The notes under the pieces: generated by a model
Told to the model about the DNA's origin: nothing
Databases searched by the model: none
Seen by the model: only the letters and a program-made list of their open reading frames with translations
Shown: piece by piece, positions 51,684 through 64,000 of the stretch
Layout of the letters: each line of letters opens with the position of its first letter
Position numbering within the stretch: the stretch's first letter is position 1
Assembly (NCBI GenBank): GCA_964016885.1
Contig: OZ024740.1
Span: 154,256,001-154,320,000 of the forward strand
DNA length: 64,000 nt
Direction: 5' to 3'
DNA from: Eledone cirrhosa
Taxonomy: Eukaryota
Position numbers and translations under genes: made by a program

Positions 51684-51697
51684 CATACATAGTTATG

Positions 51698-51728
<31 letters not shown>

Positions 51729-51769
51729 CATACATACATACATACATACATACATACATACATACATAC

Positions 51770-52378
51770 ATGGTGGCTGCCAACTCGTTTTCGAGTACGG
51801 CCACTACTTTATATCTATGTAGGAGAACCCCTACCGATGCGCTGAACGAGTGTGACATTTTAGTCCAGCCAGCGACTTGAAAACTCTGGTACAAACACTA
51901 CACTTGTGACAATTATTGACACATAGTGCTTTGCCTTTGGTACCATGTGACGACAAGTGCAGAGAGATCTCCAGATACAAAGCAATGCCTGTGCCGTGAA
52001 GCTTTTATAGTAGCAAAGGCATTGCACAAAGCCAGTCCCACTCTCTTAACCAATATGATATTTACCAAAAAGAAGAACAAGTCAACATCATTGGATACCA
52101 TCAGGGTTGCAGGTGTTATATCAGAGTTCTCCTTCTCCTAGAATTCTGCCTTGACAAAGGCTAAGGGGTCATCTCTCCCAGTGATTTTGGATGGCCATTG
52201 ACTCTTAAGAGCTCCTTTGCCCTTTGACAGGTTTTGTTTTTAGTCCTGCAGGATGTCCAAAGTCACCCTCCTCACCAAGAAACCTTGGTGGGGTTGCCAG
52301 TTTAGTCGCCAACGACCCGACCATGAGACAGGTTGTACTGGGATACATGTTACCAGTAGCACCAAGTGGTGACCTGAC
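51770..52378 (-). mobile_element. Full-length (about 610 bp) non-autonomous RTE-related element flanked by (TGTA)n
   Basis: Nearly identical to 34638-35212; no credible ORF; hairpin-rich. Confidence 0.75.
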
Positions 52379-52479
52379 ATACGTACATACATACATACAT
52401 ACATACATACATACATACATACATACATACATACATACATACATACATACATACATACATACATACATACATAGTTATG

Positions 52480-54000
52480 CCTTAGCAACGACAGTGAAGC
52501 ATTATCTTGCTGATAGCAGATATATTAACGAGAACAAAGCACCACTAAAAATACCATCATGTATAACTAAAATAGTAAAAAAAGATTGCTGACCTACGAA
52601 AAAACATAGGATATGTGACAATGCTCCTTACATGCAAACGAACCCCAAAAAACCTCACTTCTAACCAACAAAGAGTGAAAAATAAAATAGAGACGATGTT
52701 TGGTAACAGTAGAACCAGAACTCTCCAATATAAGCTGATCACCCTCAAACAAGAATTGAGAGCTGTTAGCGAAAAACGCCGATAACTGAAGAAGGTAGAT
52801 GAGAGAAAAGTGCTTAATAAAAGATTCAGACGAAACCAAACATCAGTCTATAGAGATATGAAGGGCAAAATAATAAGTGTCACTGAGGCCCCATCCCAGA
52901 AAGACATAGATTCCTTTTGGGTGAAAGAAGAATTTCAACCATGATGCAGTGTGGCTAAGAGAAATCCGAAAGAATTATTGTTCCTACACTACAACAAAAA
53001 CAAACATAATCATGCATGGATATGTTGCCAGGTAGCTCCAGAGTGAGAGTAATATAGATAAGGAAAGTAGTCTATCTTGGACCAACAACCGCTATATTGG
53101 CTCCCACTTTGAAGGATACGCTTTTGCAATCCAAGAACAGGAGATTAACAAGAAATACCTCATTCACAAAAGAGATAGGGATGCAGGCAAAACACCTAGA
53201 TGTGATAACAACTGCAGACTCTGCAGAACTAACATTGATCAGTATGCCATCGCGGTACTATCTACCTATGAGGCATGATGTAGTGGCCAAAACACTGTAC
53301 AATGCAGTTCGTAAAAAAGATAGCCCCGATAATAAACACATTAAAAGCTACAGCAATGTGGAAGACATCCATGTACATAATATGTACTGGTGGAATGTTC
53401 CAGTAAAAACCCCAATAAAATGCAGGCATAACAGCCCAGATATTATGATATGGGACAGGGAGAAGAAAGCATGCACAGTAGTGGAAATTAGCTGCCAAGC
53501 AGATGCCAATATATTATCAAAGATTAGTGAAAAGGAGAATATTTATGCAGAACTGATGAGAAATCTGCAGATACTCCACCTTGATTACACCTTCAGATTT
53601 ATGCCTGTGATTATTGGGGCACTGGGGTATGTTAGTAACTGCCTCAATACAAATCTTGAGAAGTTGGCTCCGCAGGAACAGAAAGAACACAACCAGTTAG
53701 GAAATTACAAGTACAATCCATTAATGGAACAGTAAAAAATATGTAAAACATTCCAAAGATTTTGCATCTAATAACTGCATATACACATGTACAGATGCAA
53801 AGCATATACACATGCACACATACAACCCAAAACATACACATCCACACATACAATAACATCCATATCTACACATGCATGCATACATACATATCGACCTAGT
53901 TGATGTTGTGTAAATTCCAATGAGAGAGTCTTGTGTCTATGTTAGAAACCGACTCTCTCTCTATTGGTAAAACTTTGAGAAATTCTAAAGCCAGAAGAAC
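52480..54000 (+). mobile_element. Internally deleted, degenerate copy of the second R4/Dong family
   Basis: RYYLPMRHDVVAKTLY...WWNVPV...PDIMIWD...VEISC; (CATA)n flanks. Confidence 0.85.
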
Positions 54001-54149
54001 ATACATACATACAAACATACATACATACATACATAAATTGTTCAGTCACTTCTTTCCATCATTGGATTGCGACTATGCTGGCGCACCACATTAGTAACCT
54101 ATTCGTTCTATCTATCTCTGGGATGGACACATGTGTTAAACTTGCTCGG

Positions 54150-57100
54150 TAAGTTTTGTTTAAATTTCTTTAGAAATTCGTTATTGGGAACTTTTATTTT
54201 TATACCAATCTGTAGAGGGACTGACAGGTCAAATTTTGATCTGGTCAGTCTCCCAAAATATCGTGCCCCTCAGGGCAAAAACATTCAACATATTTTCGAA
54301 AATATTTTTGCAAAGCACTTCAATTTTAAAATAATGGCCGAAGCAAAAACTTCTTTGTCAATACAAGAAGACGGGAAGGGAAAGCCAAAGCCAAGCCAAG
54401 CCAGCAGGTAGGAGCAGACATGGACAAAGTAAGCCAACATAATCGCCTCGACATTTAGAATAGGAACAAGCTTCAGCTGCTTGTAAGCAACTGAACAGGC
54501 CTGACGTCACAAACGTCACATGTATCCACACACAGAAGGAAAATGTGTAGCAAACACTAACACCACCACAACCAACAACAACCACAATAAATGAGAACAA
54601 CAACAATGCAACAAAAGGAATCAGCGGCAACACAACAAATGAGACCATCATCACCACCAACAACAACAATAACAACATTTCATTTGCAGCAACCGTTGCT
54701 AAGCAACAGGATTTTAAATACTACCCCATGGACATTTCCCAAAAGTCCCAATATGTGGAAGAAGCTTCCAGCTATGTGATGTTTGAGGGAGACACCACAC
54801 ACATACACATACCCCCGCAACTAAGAGAAATGACACAGAAAAGGAAGCTAATTTATAGAACAGTTGACATCACTACCAAATAACCCATAACGCTCCCAAC
54901 AAGCACTATTGAAGCTGCACTAAAAGATATCAAGCCAGACGTGGCATACCTCCAAAGAGCTAAACAGTATGGAAGTGTGTCCGTTCTCTTTAAGAGCGAA
55001 ACTCTGGCTCAAAATCACGCGGTTCACCCAATAAAAACGGATCAACACATCTTCTCCACATACATGGGAAGAAGATCATACAAAATAAAAATAACCAGGA
55101 TCCCAGCAGAGGTCAACATATGGTGGATCCTACGCTGCATCCTGAAGAAGGATGAGGACATCCTCCTACCTGTAGACAGGACAGACCGGATTAACTGGTT
55201 TGGAGCCTGCATCAAGGTTCTGGTACAAATGAGGCCAGAGAGAGTTGAGAAAATACCGGACAGGATCGTCCTTGAGGATCGTCCATTTTAGTGGAGGGGA
55301 AAAGACCTCAGTGCCATAAGTGTGGGAAAACCACACACTTAAAGGCCTTTTGCCCTCTCTTAAACAAACCGAGGACAAACAAGATGTTATTACCAACACC
55401 AAAACCCCAACATCAACACTCCAAACCAAACACAACACAAACACCTGCAACATCCACTCCCACACTACCGCAGACCAGAGACAACCACACACACAAAATC
55501 CCACTGAAAAACCCTCCATTGCCTCTTCCCCCTCCCCCTGTCAAATACTTACACAAACATCTGCACAAACACTCCACCACACAACATACCCCTCCCATCT
55601 AGCCTTGATTCTTAAGTCTCAGACACTGGAACCTCTACATCTCCAAGTGAGAATGAAGAGGAACCCCAACAATCCAAAAAAAAAAAGAGACAAAAAACAC
55701 AAAAACAAAAACATCTATAGAAAACACGCACACACCCAACCCCACCATAAACACACCGCCACAAACGACAAACACACCTACAACACAATCACCGTCAACA
55801 CAACCAAACACTTCACCAACAAAACAAACACCCACACCACCACAATCACAAACCCTAACCACAAAAAGAAAACTACAAACAGAAATAGCACACATAAAAA
55901 ACAAAACACATATATAAAAACAACAAACAAAGAATTGGTAGACACTGTCCGAAAGGACCCTACTATCCAAACAGAAGGGAAAACCTTCCACGCCATCGAC
56001 CCACCCCAAACCTCAAACTGATCTGGGTAACAACCCTACAACATGAAACATTGAAAGTGACCTTCCCACATAATGTGGGCCTCCCCTTGCCAAAAAACCC
56101 TTAACCGTGTCCTGCTAAAAGGATTACCTCCCTCCTCAAACACCCCCAATCTGGACATGGAGATCGAACAACCCGACCTCCAGGAAACGAAAGGGTAAGT
56201 ATTCCTGCCTTTTCTCTTCCTAACTCTTCTTCACCAACATGGCGACTATACAAGTTGGATGTTTGAATGTACGTGGTCTGGGCATGCCCTGGAAACAGGG
56301 CCAGCTTTTAAATCTCAGGTCACATTGTATAGATGTGATAGCCATCACCGAGTCCAGGATTCACGACAAGCAGCAGCTAACCCCCATGTTCGATGACTTT
56401 GAGATCTACGTATCTCTCTGTCAGCCAGAAGGTGGAGGGGCAGTTGCTGTTCTGTTTCGAAAAAACTTGGATCTCAAATCACAAACGATTCACTTGGATC
56501 CGGAGGGCAGCTTGGTGGTCCTGGACGTGAATGGTAGTGAACGTGGAGCTTTCAGACTTAGGGCCGTATATACCCCGACTGGGACATCGCGACCAGAGTT
56601 CTTCAAGCGTCTGGAGCCATTCCTGGGAACGTCTCGCTCCTTAGTGTTAGCGGGGACTGGAATGGCATCTTAGATACACGTTGGGACTATGTAGGAGCTT
56701 GTGAAAATATAGTGGGGTGTAATAGCCTAAAAAATCTCATCGGCCAATTTCAACTGGCTGATAGATATCGACTAGACTTCCCAAGTGTACCACTGGACGT
56801 GGAGCAACCGCACTGGGTCTTCTAGATCGTATTTAGATAGATTTTGAATTAGACAGAAAGATAAGGAAACATTAAGCTGTCCACAAATGCACATGGTTGC
56901 CTATTCAGACCACAAATTAGTCATCTGCGTAGTCAACCTTGATAGAACACATAGACAGGGACCCGGATACTGGAAGCTAAACATGTCGCTTCCGGCGCGT
57001 AAAGCCTACAGTAAACGGATTAGCACTTTAGTTAAGTGCCAGTTGACGAGGGCGATCGTCAACAACAGGTGGTGGAGCTCTCGAGAGAGAGCAATTAGAA

Positions 57101-58255
57101 TAGAATCGATAGCATTTAGCAAGGAAGTAGCTTTAGAAAAAAAACAAAACCGAAAAGGAACTGATAGCTAAAATAGAAGAGGCCCTTAGGAATGGCAGTT
57201 CAGCTGACGTGCTAGCGGCGAGAACGTCACTAGACCAGTTCTTCAACGTGAAACATGAAGGTTGTATTGGGAGCCAAAGCTGTTACCTGGGCCCGAGTGG
57301 CAGAGGCGAAAAGTGGCAACAAATCCACAATTTGGTCCTTGCTACAAGACAAAGCTGGACGCATTCTACTTGAATCCAAGCAGATGTGCACGGCCTTCCA
57401 ACAGCATTTTTTACAACTGTTCGAGCAAAGCAGTATGTCAAGGGAGGTGATGGACTTCAGCTCCTGCCTCGTCGGCGTACCACGACTCTCGAATACGGAT
57501 GCGGAGAGCTGCGAAAGGCCAATTACAGCGGCCGAAATAGAAGATGCCCTAGACTGCTGTGGGAAACGCAAATCATCCGGTTTGGATGGTCTATCCTATG
57601 AGTTTTACATAGGCATGCCAGACTTGTTCTCTGGCGTCCTCGAAGTGGTCTACTGCAACTGGCAGCAGAACGGGAGGATTCCCAGTTCTGTAGGCAGAGG
57701 CGTAGTAACGCTGATCAGGAAAGATGAGAACAAGGGGGATAAGATAAGCAATTTCAGGCCCATAACTCTGCTCAACACAGAGTTAAAGATTTTGGTCAAG
57801 GTGTTAGCAGCGAGGCTGGCGCTTGTCGTCGAGAATCTGTTAGGGGAAGCGCAAACGTGTGCAATCCCGACCAGGTCCATACACGACAACCTCCACCTCA
57901 TGCGATATATCATAGAGAGGGTAGGGTGTAAGCCTGGCTTCGGTGGGGCTCTGATCAATTTAGATCAGTCTAAAGCATTTGATAGGGTCGACCATCAATA
58001 CTTGGAAGCGGTTCTCAAGGCGGCTGGCTTCGGTCCTGTCTTCAGAGGATGGATCGCTGCCATGCACACCAGCATCTGCTCGGCAGTCAAGGTGAATGGC
58101 TACCTATCAGAGCCATTCCAAATCATGCGTTCCATCCGTCAGGGGTGCCCGCTCTCCTCCATTCTGTATGTACTGACTCTCTAGCCATTACTGCGGAAGC
58201 TGGAGCTGTTGCAGGGCATCCCGATCGAACCAGGACTGCGGAAAGCAGCGTCGAC
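54150..58255 (+). mobile_element. Degenerate L1/Tx1-clade LINE, 3'-truncated (ORF1, APE endonuclease, RT N-terminal half)
   Basis: ORF1 zinc knuckle CHKCGKTTHLKAFC; EN motifs GCLNVRGL, ITES, SDHKLV; RT motifs GLDGL.YEFY, FRPITLLNTELKI, LDQSKAFDRVDH, IRQGCPLS. Confidence 0.9.
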
Positions 58256-58600
58256 GGCGGGACCAATATGAAGCGGGCAAGGATCCGAGCCACCGCCGAC
58301 ATACATCAGCTTGGTCTTCGCTCAGCACACCTGAAGGCTAAGCTTTGCTGATTACTCACGGTATATGGTAAGTGCGTTCCTAAGCGGGTCAATCGAGTTG
58401 CTGAATAGGGTGGTGTCGTCCGCGTACTCCATGTCAGTTCTCGAAGGTAACGCCAGAAACTCGCTCGCAGACCTTGGTCATCAGATCGACGACGACAGAC
58501 GAGACAGTTGGAGAAGTCAGGGCAGCCATGCAACTCTATTTGACCCCACTCGCTGTTGATGGGGAACCAGTCGGAGTCCTTTCCGTTCACCTGCACGCAA
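58256..58600 (-). mobile_element. RTE-clade RT fragment
   Basis: VQVNGKDSDWFPINS...DMEYADDTTLFS...SAKLSLQV..AKTKLM. Confidence 0.75.
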
Positions 58601-59066
58601 ACTTTAAATTATAGCATCTGATGTAGTCTATAGTGGTTTGATATTAAAAGATGTAAAGACTTAGCGAGAAGAGGAACGTCAGCACCCATGACCTTCTATG
58701 TGATTTTCGAGGAATTATTTCCATAGCTTAACGTGTAGAAGAAGGATAACACTTATAGACTTATTTTTGAGGAAGTCATTTTCGGACCGGATACCTGGCA
58801 TGAATTCTACAACAGAAAGGAATTCGCCAAAGTCACCAAAATATCGAGTGGTGGTGTTAAATCAGGTAACGGATAAAGTCTACCACTCTTTTGCCTACAA
58901 CTCTGACCGACTCAAAACCACTAAAAATTATGTGTAAGGAAAAGATGTGGCCTAAAAGCTTTGCAATACAGTGAACTTTGCCAAATTCACACGAAAGACA
59001 GAGGGGTGTTGTTCATTAACAGATTAAGTCTACCGCACTGTTGCTAACAACCAAAACAACGACACT

Positions 59067-59170
<104 letters not shown>

Positions 59171-59820
59171 TCTCTTTCTTTCCCTCTCTTCCTGACAATC
59201 AGACGCAGGACAAGAGTCGAAACGTAGACTTGGTCACTCCTCGTCGTGATTGAAATTCACCAGCTAGTTCACCAAACTTTCCCATGGATAAACTATTACT
59301 GATGCAGACCATCATTAGTATTCTCAGATTTTGTATTTAACCTCCCAGCTGATTATCTAGCGCCAGCGGGGCTCCAATAAACAATTTCTTTTTATTTAAT
59401 GAATAAATGACGAATACTTTATATAAGTTGTTTGTATGAGTTTTCTCTACAGGTGCAGCAGCACAGAGAAGAATATTCACACAGTCTTATTTTCTCTTCC
59501 TTAACACTTCGGAATGTTTATTCGGAGGTGGGAAATAGAAATAGCACAATGAATAAATAAAGAAACGAAAACGAAAAACAAAAAAAAGTGTGGAAGAAGA
59601 AGGTTATCAAACTGGAAACAACCTTATAATCAGGCGGATATTTAAGAGACACTTGTAAATAATTTAATACAAATGTTGATATAACAAACCACTTTTAACT
59701 ACTCCGAAGTGGGCAGGCAGAGGTAGAGAGAGTGATGACGGTGAAGTGAGTGAATGCTAATATATACACTTCATTATGTATGTATAAATATTGCGGTCAT
59801 GCATATGTATAGATATCTAT

Positions 59821-59912
<92 letters not shown>

Positions 59913-59917
59913 ATATT

Positions 59918-59948
<31 letters not shown>

Positions 59949-59951
59949 GTA

Positions 59952-60010
<59 letters not shown>

Positions 60011-60012
<2 letters not shown>

Positions 60013-60320
60013 CTTTGAATAATAACTTTGAAATGTTTTGGCCAGTATTGGCCCAGGCCATGTCTAACTTAATAGCACCACCTGGCGAAGTCTTTCAATT
60101 CAGGATTTGGGCACCATGGCCCATTCGAGAAGAGAATTACTGTTTGCGGAGACATATCCGGGTGTGGGTGGTTTGTCCGGAATTACTTGGAGGAATTTGT
60201 CCAAAGACTTCTTGAATTTTGTGTGGTCAGTTTCTGTTTTGATGTGTCCTGGTGTGATGTTGAAGAGAGCAGGGCCGATTGAGGTGAAATAATTGTGCCG
60301 TATTGTTGTTATGAGTGCGA
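60011..60320 (-). mobile_element. CR1-like LINE 3' end between (TA)n tracts
   Basis: Translates [18 protein letters not shown]...[21 protein letters not shown]...NSL, then a short 3'UTR. Confidence 0.8.
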
Positions 60321-60335
60321 TATATATATATATAT

Positions 60336-60451
60336 ATAGGAGTAAGTAAGACCCCGACGGCTGAGCTCAAGCCGTTTCGACGGCTAATTCTGTACAGAAT
60401 TAGCCGTCGAAACGGCTTGAGCTCAGCCGTCGGGGTCTTACTTACTCCTAT
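60336..60451. repeat. Perfect 116-bp palindrome containing the 3' half of a hammerhead
   Basis: Centred on TGT|ACA (60393/60394). Contains GAAAC-GGCT(tgagctc)AGCC-GTC-GGGG. Confidence 0.9.
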
Positions 60452-60527
60452 TACCCACTCTACTACCCTAAGTATTGAGTACTTTGGTGCGTTATGGTCC
60501 ACCTGGTTCCTTACCACTTTTCCCTCG

Positions 60528-60624
<97 letters not shown>

Positions 60625-60646
60625 TATACATACATATATATATATG

Positions 60647-60725
<79 letters not shown>

Positions 60726-60746
60726 ATATATATGTATGTATATATT

Positions 60747-60825
<79 letters not shown>

Positions 60826-60895
60826 GTATATATGTATATGTATATATGTATATATATATGTATATATATATATATATATGTGTATATATATATAA

Positions 60896-60926
<31 letters not shown>

Positions 60927-60974
60927 TATGTATAAATATATATATATGTATATATATATGTATATATATATATA

Positions 60975-61023
<49 letters not shown>

Positions 61024-61058
61024 GTATATATATATATAAATATGTATATATATATATA
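60528..61058. repeat. Long interrupted (TA)n microsatellite (similar tracts at 59818-60011, 31876-31977, 18687-18756 and 20762-20846)
   Basis: Direct inspection. Confidence 0.95.
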
Positions 61059-61074
61059 TCTATCAATCTATCTA

Positions 61075-61230
61075 TCTAAGGCGGGTAAAATTCCCGAGAT
61101 CCATGGACGAGTTCTCTCCAGCGGTCTCTGTCCCTCATTATCGCTGCCATATCCTGCATCTCCAACAGACCAGTGTCTGTCCTTAGGGCATCAACATATG
61201 TTAACCTTGGTCTTCCACTTCTAGTGTGTC
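61075..61230 (-). mobile_element. RTE-like LINE extreme 3' fragment
   Basis: Translates [17 protein letters not shown]...[11 protein letters not shown], followed by an (ATAG)n tail. Confidence 0.7.
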
Positions 61231-61237
61231 CATATAT

Positions 61238-61813
61238 ATATGGTCAGGTCGTCGGCGACTAAACCGGCAACTCCACCAGTTTACTTGGTGAGGAGGATAT
61301 TTTGGACAACCTACGGGACAAAAAACAAAACCTGACAAAGGGCTGAAGAACTCATAAGAGTCAACGGCCATCCAAAAGTGTGTAAATATTTATATACACA
61401 TGTACATATGTATGTATATGTATATGTGTATACACATGAGTGCATGTGTGTGTATATGCGCGGGGACATAGAAATAGTCGGGCTGGACACCCGATCACGC
61501 GGTTAAACCACTGGGAGTGAAGGACCCCTAGCATTTGTCAGGGCATTCTTCTAGGAGAAGGCAACTCAGGAAACTGGGATAACTCCGATATAAAACCTGC
61601 GGGTCAGTAGTTACCAATGATGTTGATCTTTTCTTCTTTTCGGATTATAGCTACTGTCGCTCAGAGAGTGGGATTGGCTCAGTGCACAGTCTTTCCAGAC
61701 TTTAAAAAATATCATCACGCACAGGCATTGCACGATAGAATTAATTAATAATTATTAATAATGGCATATCGTGCAATGGCCATACTCGATAACGAGGCGG
61801 CAGCCATCATCAT
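61238..61813 (+). mobile_element. Fragments of the non-autonomous RTE-related elements (61238-61378 and 61466-61813)
   Basis: Reverse-complement matches to 52190-52325 and 34282-34620. Confidence 0.75.
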
Positions 61814-62384
61814 GTGAATATATATATATATGTGTGCGTGTGGGTGTGTTCTTATGTGTGTGCATGGCTGATTATCTCTTTCTGGCTTCTTATTATGAGT
61901 ATACGTACACGTATGATTGTATATATGATATATTTAATGTATGTGTGTGTGTTTGTCTACGTGTCAAAGTATCCATGTAACTATGTGTTTATATGTGTAA
62001 TTAGATATACCTACACATATATATGAGTGTGATTTTAAATAAATGATTAAGAACAATATACAGTAACGTACTAAATATATTTTCAAAAGTAGAGAATAAA
62101 TATATTTATATGAATATAAATCCAACACTAGTGCAAACGTTTCCAGTTTTCTTTCAGTCTCTTCGGGGATCATATTGATATTATAAAATACAGTGGAGCC
62201 ACATCTTAACCGATTATAGATAATGTTGTTTTGAACATATGCAGGGTTCATGCCCCCCCCCCCCCATAATAATATTATTTTTCTCCCCAAAGTACTAAAA
62301 TACATCTATTTGTACATGTTATTTGTACAACAACTTATGTACATGTTATGTAGAGATAAATTGGAGAGATAGATATAGATATAT

Positions 62385-64000
62385 ATTTCTATTTATTTGC
62401 CACCAGGGCATCAAAGATTGGGACAAATACAAAGGGGGGAGTTTACATACATTTAAAAAGACGTGTAAAAAACATATAACAAATTAAATTTAACAATCGA
62501 TGTCCTCAATAGGGAGGGGCGTTGACATGGGTCGCACACACCCCCGAAAAATTTGCAACCCTCCTCTTCAGGAGTACAAAGAGCGGGTGCTTCCTTCCTC
62601 TTCTGATTCTTCTCCTCTCTCACCTACAGGCTGATATAGAGAGAAGGCCCATTCACTCGGGCCATTCTCGCTACTTTCACCCATCTTTCATAAAACTTGC
62701 TGGGGTAGAGCACCTCTCTCTCCATTCTGATCCTTCTTCTAAAGTGGTACTTGAAAAAAAAGACCAGTTGTTGGCCGGAGAGAAAGGTGTCTGACCTCAG
62801 CCCTTTCAACCTTGTCCACAATACAACTTCTTTCGCCATGGCTATCACACAGAGGAAAATCGCCTCTCCTTCGTTTTTGAAAGGGGAGGCAGTTTGATCG
62901 TGACAAATGTTCTCGGTGGTCAACCGGATTGGTCCCACCCGCGGCAGTAGTCGTTCTACATAGCCCCACAGGTCAGCAACGCCCGGGCAGTGTACGAATG
63001 CGTGTGCGACGGTTTCCTCGTCACGCACGCATCTTGGACAGATCTTCTTCGAGGGGTCCCTACCCGGGCGCCCGTGTCTGTAGAGCTTGTCCCGAACGGG
63101 TAGAGCTCCTCGGTAACATTGCCAAGCTAGGGACGTTTGGAAGTTGTTCATCGGTCCCGGGCCAAACGTCCTACCGAACAGACTGGCCAGCTCGTCTTCC
63201 TCCATGCCTAGAGCCTCTTCGAGAGCGTCGTCGCACTTACTGCGCACCAACCCTCTATAGAATGTTGAGGTTGAGTCTCCACTGATTGCCGGATCCGCTT
63301 GCCAGAGGGCCGTGAGCGCCTGGGCACATTGAATGTGCCAGTCGCCCACTTTTCTCGGTCTTTGCTTGACCCAGGATTGCAGCTCGGTGAGTGAGACGAG
63401 TCTCGGAAAGGCTCGCCTCACAAACAGGGCCCACACCGGCTGACCGGTGAGGAATACCTGGAGGTGACGTAGCCTTAATGCGTGTCTACGCATCGTCAGC
63501 CACGGCTTCCCCAGCCCTCCGTTCGCAGGGTGTTGACAGCAGATGGATCTTCTCACCAAAGGAGCCCGCTTCTTCCAAAGAAATCGGAAGAGCGCGCGCT
63601 CCATTTTGGCGAGTGTTTCCTCTGGGCAAGGCACGACGGTGAAGCGGTAGTAGATGACGGACGCTATATAAGCGTTCGCCACCTCCGCTCGACCTTTCAG
63701 GGATAGTTTGCACTCGGCCCACTTCTGGGCGAGTGCAAACACCTTGCCCGTTACCTCGTCCCAGTTTTTCTCCACCTAGAGGTCCGGTCCAAACCAGACC
63801 CCGGGCAGCTTCACCGGTCCCTCCGTCCAGCGTCCGACGATGCCGTCGGAGGGCATCGTTTTGCCCCTCCACGCCCCGAGTTGCAAACCGACGGACTTGT
63901 CTCGGTTCAGCTTGGCTCCTGTGAACCTTTCATATTCCTCCAGTAAGGTGCCGATCTGCCCGATTTCCGAGGCGCACGACACCATTACTGTCACGTCATC
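62385..64000 (-). mobile_element. L1/Tx1-clade LINE 3' part (RT C-terminal half and CCHC domain); continues beyond the window
   Basis: DDVTV...GAKLNRDKS...WAECKLSLKGRAEV...GGLG...CPRC...ETVAHAFVHC; one in-frame stop near 63776; AATAAA near 62390. Confidence 0.9.

Noticed and set aside
52280-52378. HDV-like ribozyme in the RTE-related element
   Set aside because: The putative P2 pairing is not kept in the 47 kb copy and L3 is too short; an alternative hairpin covaries instead.
59754-61224. Long YIYIYI ORFs, and similar VCVC, HTHT, ERER and poly-V/T ORFs throughout the window
   Set aside because: Translations of microsatellites with no coding evidence.

Overview
AT-rich, microsatellite-dense eukaryotic DNA. 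The repeat repertoire looks like a cephalopod (octopus-like) genome, which is an inference. No host protein-coding exon can be supported with confidence, and most of the ORF track is microsatellite artefact. The window is dominated by mobile DNA: a near full-length but interrupted R4/Dong-type RLE LINE (47.4-51.7 kb) with related fragments, all embedded in (CATA)n; a degenerate Neptune-type Penelope-like element (38.1-42.0 kb, minus); two L1/Tx1 segments; RTE and CR1 fragments; many tRNA-derived SINE copies; several MITEs; and a 3 kb 38-bp minisatellite. The most notable signal is a set of sequence-diverse type I hammerhead ribozyme motifs. Four have all three helices (7490, 19109, 21054, 23159), one has a single core mutation (46121), and several are partial. 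They sit in short non-coding units flanked by (TA)n or AT-rich runs, often with direct or fold-back duplications. This suggests a family of non-autonomous Penelope-derived/retrozyme-like elements.
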